A DNA stretch of 64,000 bases, taken from contig OZ316897.1 of NCBI GenBank assembly GCA_973895155.1, forward strand, positions 7,306,470-7,370,469. Reading direction: 5' to 3'. Position 1 is the first letter of the stretch, and each line of letters begins with the position of its first letter. The notes beneath the pieces are model-generated. The model saw only the letters and a program-made list of their open reading frames with translations, ran no database searches and was not told where the DNA came from. Of this stretch, positions 60,732 through 64,000 are shown piece after piece. The stretch is from Marsupella aquatica. Lineage: Eukaryota; Plantae; Marchantiophyta. The position numbers were made by a program, and so were the translations under genes.

Positions 60732-63700
60732 TGTGGAAAACAGGGGGACCTTGCCACCCAGCGCCCTCACCAATCCTAGCACTCACGCCTAAGTACCCCT
60801 GGTGCCCAAATGCCTCCACAAAATACCTCGAGAAAGCACCCTAGTGCCCCTTGCACCGCCAGCGGCCCCTCTCATACGAAGCCGCACTTGCTCTCCAACA
60901 CGGCCGCTACTCAATGGTCCTCACTGTCTGCACAAGCAACCAAGCACCTCGGTAAGTAACCCTTTAGGATCTAGAACTCGCCAAGTCTAGCATCCTAACT
61001 CAAGCTCAACAGACATTGGTAAATAGGTCAGTGATAGGTCCTCCCGATGCCATAAGCCAAAACCAGAACCCACATCCACTGTTCGTCCAGAACAGCTTCC
61101 TTGGGCGCGGTCTGGGTTCCCCTTGTACCTATCCATCATCAATTGACCGCCCTGACCCCTAGACATGCTCATGGCCCAACTAGCGTAGCTTGTCCTAAAG
61201 CTTGTCCTAAAGCTTGTCCCAACACGTCGGGACCAGAATGGCCCCGACTCTAGCAACCAACTCCCGGTTCTCGCTCCACGGATGGTCTAGGGGCCGAGCA
61301 CCCTTGGAAATCAACTTCCATGCCTACTTGGCCTTGCCTCCCCTGCGCAAGCTCCATTGGGATACTGAATGTGGCTTGGTTGTTATTTGGCAGGATTTAG
61401 CAAGTAGGCGAGTTAACACCTGCAAATCCCAAGAACCCATGGTGCCCCCAGACCCAGATGAGCTCAAAAGGGCGTAGCCCTTGTTGAGAGCTTTCTAACA
61501 CACCCAAGAAGTCCTCCAACGGACTTCCCGTTGGGAAGATATCGCCATTTCCTTTTGGCGGTTTTCCTTAGTGTCGCGACCGCCACGGCTCACGACTTCG
61601 GCTCGCCCTTAGCACCCAGGGAGACACCACTCCCTTCATATATGCTTATGGAAACCTGCCACCCTTGGACTAGCTTTGGTCCCTAAACATTTGGCCCCTA
61701 ACCCGGATCCTATCGCGCACAATGGGCGCGCCACCAACTGACAACTTTCTCGTGCTCATGCCCAGGTCCTCAGGTCTCATCGTCGCTTGGGGCCCCCAAT
61801 CGGCCCAACCCGGATTGGGCCATAACTTGCGCCCCAAACATCCATTGCCCATGGCGTCAACTTCATTTGCCTTGGGCCCAAGAGGAGCTCACACTCAAGC
61901 CCTCAGAACTGAAAGTCCATCCAGAGGTCCGGAGGGTTGTCCTTGAGCCCAGCCCATTTCCCCTTGACCCGACCAGCTCTCAGCTAGTCCAAGTCCTTAC
62001 TGTGTGTCACCAGCTTGGCTCCTTCCCTTTGCTAGCGCCACGTCTCGTTGCCCACAAGTCTCCCCATGCTAAGTCCTCCCTGGATGGCCTATCCAAGCCT
62101 GGACCATAAGGGAGCTTGGCGTCGGAGTCAGCAACGCAGGAGCTAAGTGTTAAGGTAGTCAAGTTCCGTGACTTGCACCCCCCCTTAAAAATGGTCACGT
62201 CCGCGTGACCTTAGTAAACATTCCAACACGCCTAGATCATTTTGGGCCTTAAAATTTTTATGAGGTAACAAATGGTTTGCCCATAAGGCTGATGCAAACC
62301 AAGTTGGTATGCGCATTTCAGACTTAGGAAATTCCAACCTATCCCACTTATCCAAGTAGGATGCCAGTCCAATTGGGTAAGCTAACTCCAAACTTGTCGG
62401 ACCCATTGTTCTCCCCTTGGGGTACTCCCCTTTGGTTCAAACCAACCCACCCACAGATGTAAGGCGGGCACCATCTACTTCCACTTGCAAAAAACAAATC
62501 GGCCGCCCAACAACCTCTAGCACCAACGCAATCCGACTTTATCCTTAAGAGGCCGAGAGGAGCGAAACTAGGATACAACTCACAAAGGTAGCTACAACTG
62601 CCTATACCAGTTCACAATGGCGGTAGGCCGCTTTGCTTATGATAGCTTCCAAGGATCTCTAAGGCATTACCCAAATTTTCTTCCGGTTCCCAAGTACTCT
62701 CGGCCTGATCATAGCCAGCCCACTTCACCAAATACTCTAAGATTTGCCTTCCCAACTTGCGTTTGTAACAGTCTCGCCTTTTCTGGAATGAGCGATTCCA
62801 GAACTTTACTCATCGCATTCTGCATATGCGTCACTGAGTTAGTTGCCCCTTGCGGAAGAGTGCACATCTGCAAGAGGCCCAAAGGAGTCCTCATAGTCAT
62901 TATGTCCCGACTTTCCTACAACAATTCAAACTGATCATGGCCCAAAAATAGATCACCCATAGAGTAGATTTCCCTCCCGGCAAACTCCTCGGAAAATTCA
63001 TCCACAAGTGGTCCTACTCCCACATTCATGATCGTCACTTTGTTTGGCGGCTGCATGTCTTGGATGAACCTCAAACTCCCATTCTTTTTCCGAACCGTAA
63101 ACCATCTGTTTGAGTATGGAGCATCCGACCTCTCGAGAAGCCAAGCACTTAGTTTTTCCTTCAATAGTTCCGCCAGCTTTGGAGCTAAAGCCCGCGGAAC
63201 TGCAATCGGCTTCAGATCCCACAGAACATGCGGGACAGTGAAGATGACCATCGGTGTTATCTTACTTGGATCTGCACAACCAATCTCATCAATTAAGAAT
63301 GAGAAAGCTTTGCCATGCTCCATAATCATCCTTCGAAACGCTTCCTGTTCCACCTCAATAAGCAACCCATCAGAACCTATTTTGAGTCTTGCTAGACTCT
63401 CCTGGGTAAACTCATGCCCTATTCAACCTTCGGGTCTCAATCTCGGTTCTAGTCTGGCTCGTTCCATCATCCGGCAAAGGTATCACTGCGAGTCTCACCT
63501 TCTTGTCGACGGTCTTGTACTTTGTCTTTGAATTGACAATCTCAGAGACGAGCGAGTATTGATACTCGCTCAACTCTATCTCCATCTTCCCACTTTCCAA
63601 GTTAGAAACCACACTCTCGAGTGGCTCATCACATCTGGTTTCCACCAAAACCCCTTCCAGACTCTCATCATCATCAAGCTCGTTAGACTCGGCCAAAGTT

Positions 63701-64000
63701 TGACTTGCTTCTTTCACATATCTCTTATGCCGCCCGATCATCTCACTCCCACCAACATAGGTAACTTTGCTAGTTTGAGTGCAACCTACAAACAAATTGG
63801 AAAAACACTTGTTATCCTGTGGAGCCAAAACACAAGCACTCCGCTGGTCCATGAACTTCAGTGGAGCGCAAACCCGTTTCCTTGTTCCTTTTCCTTGTTA
63901 GAGTTCCTCTCAACCTCTGTCCTTGGTTTTGCACATTTCCAAGGAACACAGCAGGGAACTGCACCACCTAGATCCCATCGCTACTCCAAATTTTCACCAT
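60732..64000 (-). mobile_element. Gypsy element C: PR end and RT start joined directly to a chromodomain, PPT and about 1.44-kb 3' LTR
   Basis: RT motifs as in A/B up to PEKAR; chromodomain about 62630-62770; PPT TTTTAAGGGGGGGTG at 62176-62190; LTR about 60732-62173. Confidence 0.78.
62630..62770 (-). pseudogene. Chromodomain (not in the ORF track)
   Basis: Manual translation KRKLGRQILEYLVKWAGYDQAESTWEPEENLGNALEIL. Confidence 0.85.

Overview
A land-plant heterochromatic window made almost entirely of nested transposons, with no intact host gene. A seed-free, mycorrhizal-host lineage is inferred from the Bianca copia, the Phygy/Selgy-like gypsy elements and the STR fragment. A decayed Ty1/copia element (2671-19133, minus strand) hosts a young 110-bp-LTR Bianca chimera (3590-7465), a 4-kb protein-coding solo-LTR-like element (10415-14400) and a young non-autonomous 143-bp-LTR element carrying host gene fragments (15182-18842). 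A sister copy of that last element, with different cargo, lies at 1-2313. A second protein-coding solo-LTR-like element (19134-38633) is split by a complete 15.75-kb CACTA transposon (19713-35465). Besides its transposase genes, the CACTA carries an EDM2-type PHD cassette, tandem Pol-lambda-like BRCT domains and an F-box-like ORF. Next come two related gypsy elements fused tail to tail (38634-54062), whose otherwise unalignable LTRs encode homologous 70-80 aa proteins. The window ends with LINE, PHD-gypsy, CACTA and chromodomain-gypsy remnants. Best candidates for new biology: (1) gene-capturing Bianca-dependent Pack-LTR elements, (2) a conserved LTR-encoded microprotein family, (3) the CACTA chromatin/repair accessory cassette. 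All family assignments come from motif recognition by eye, not database searches.
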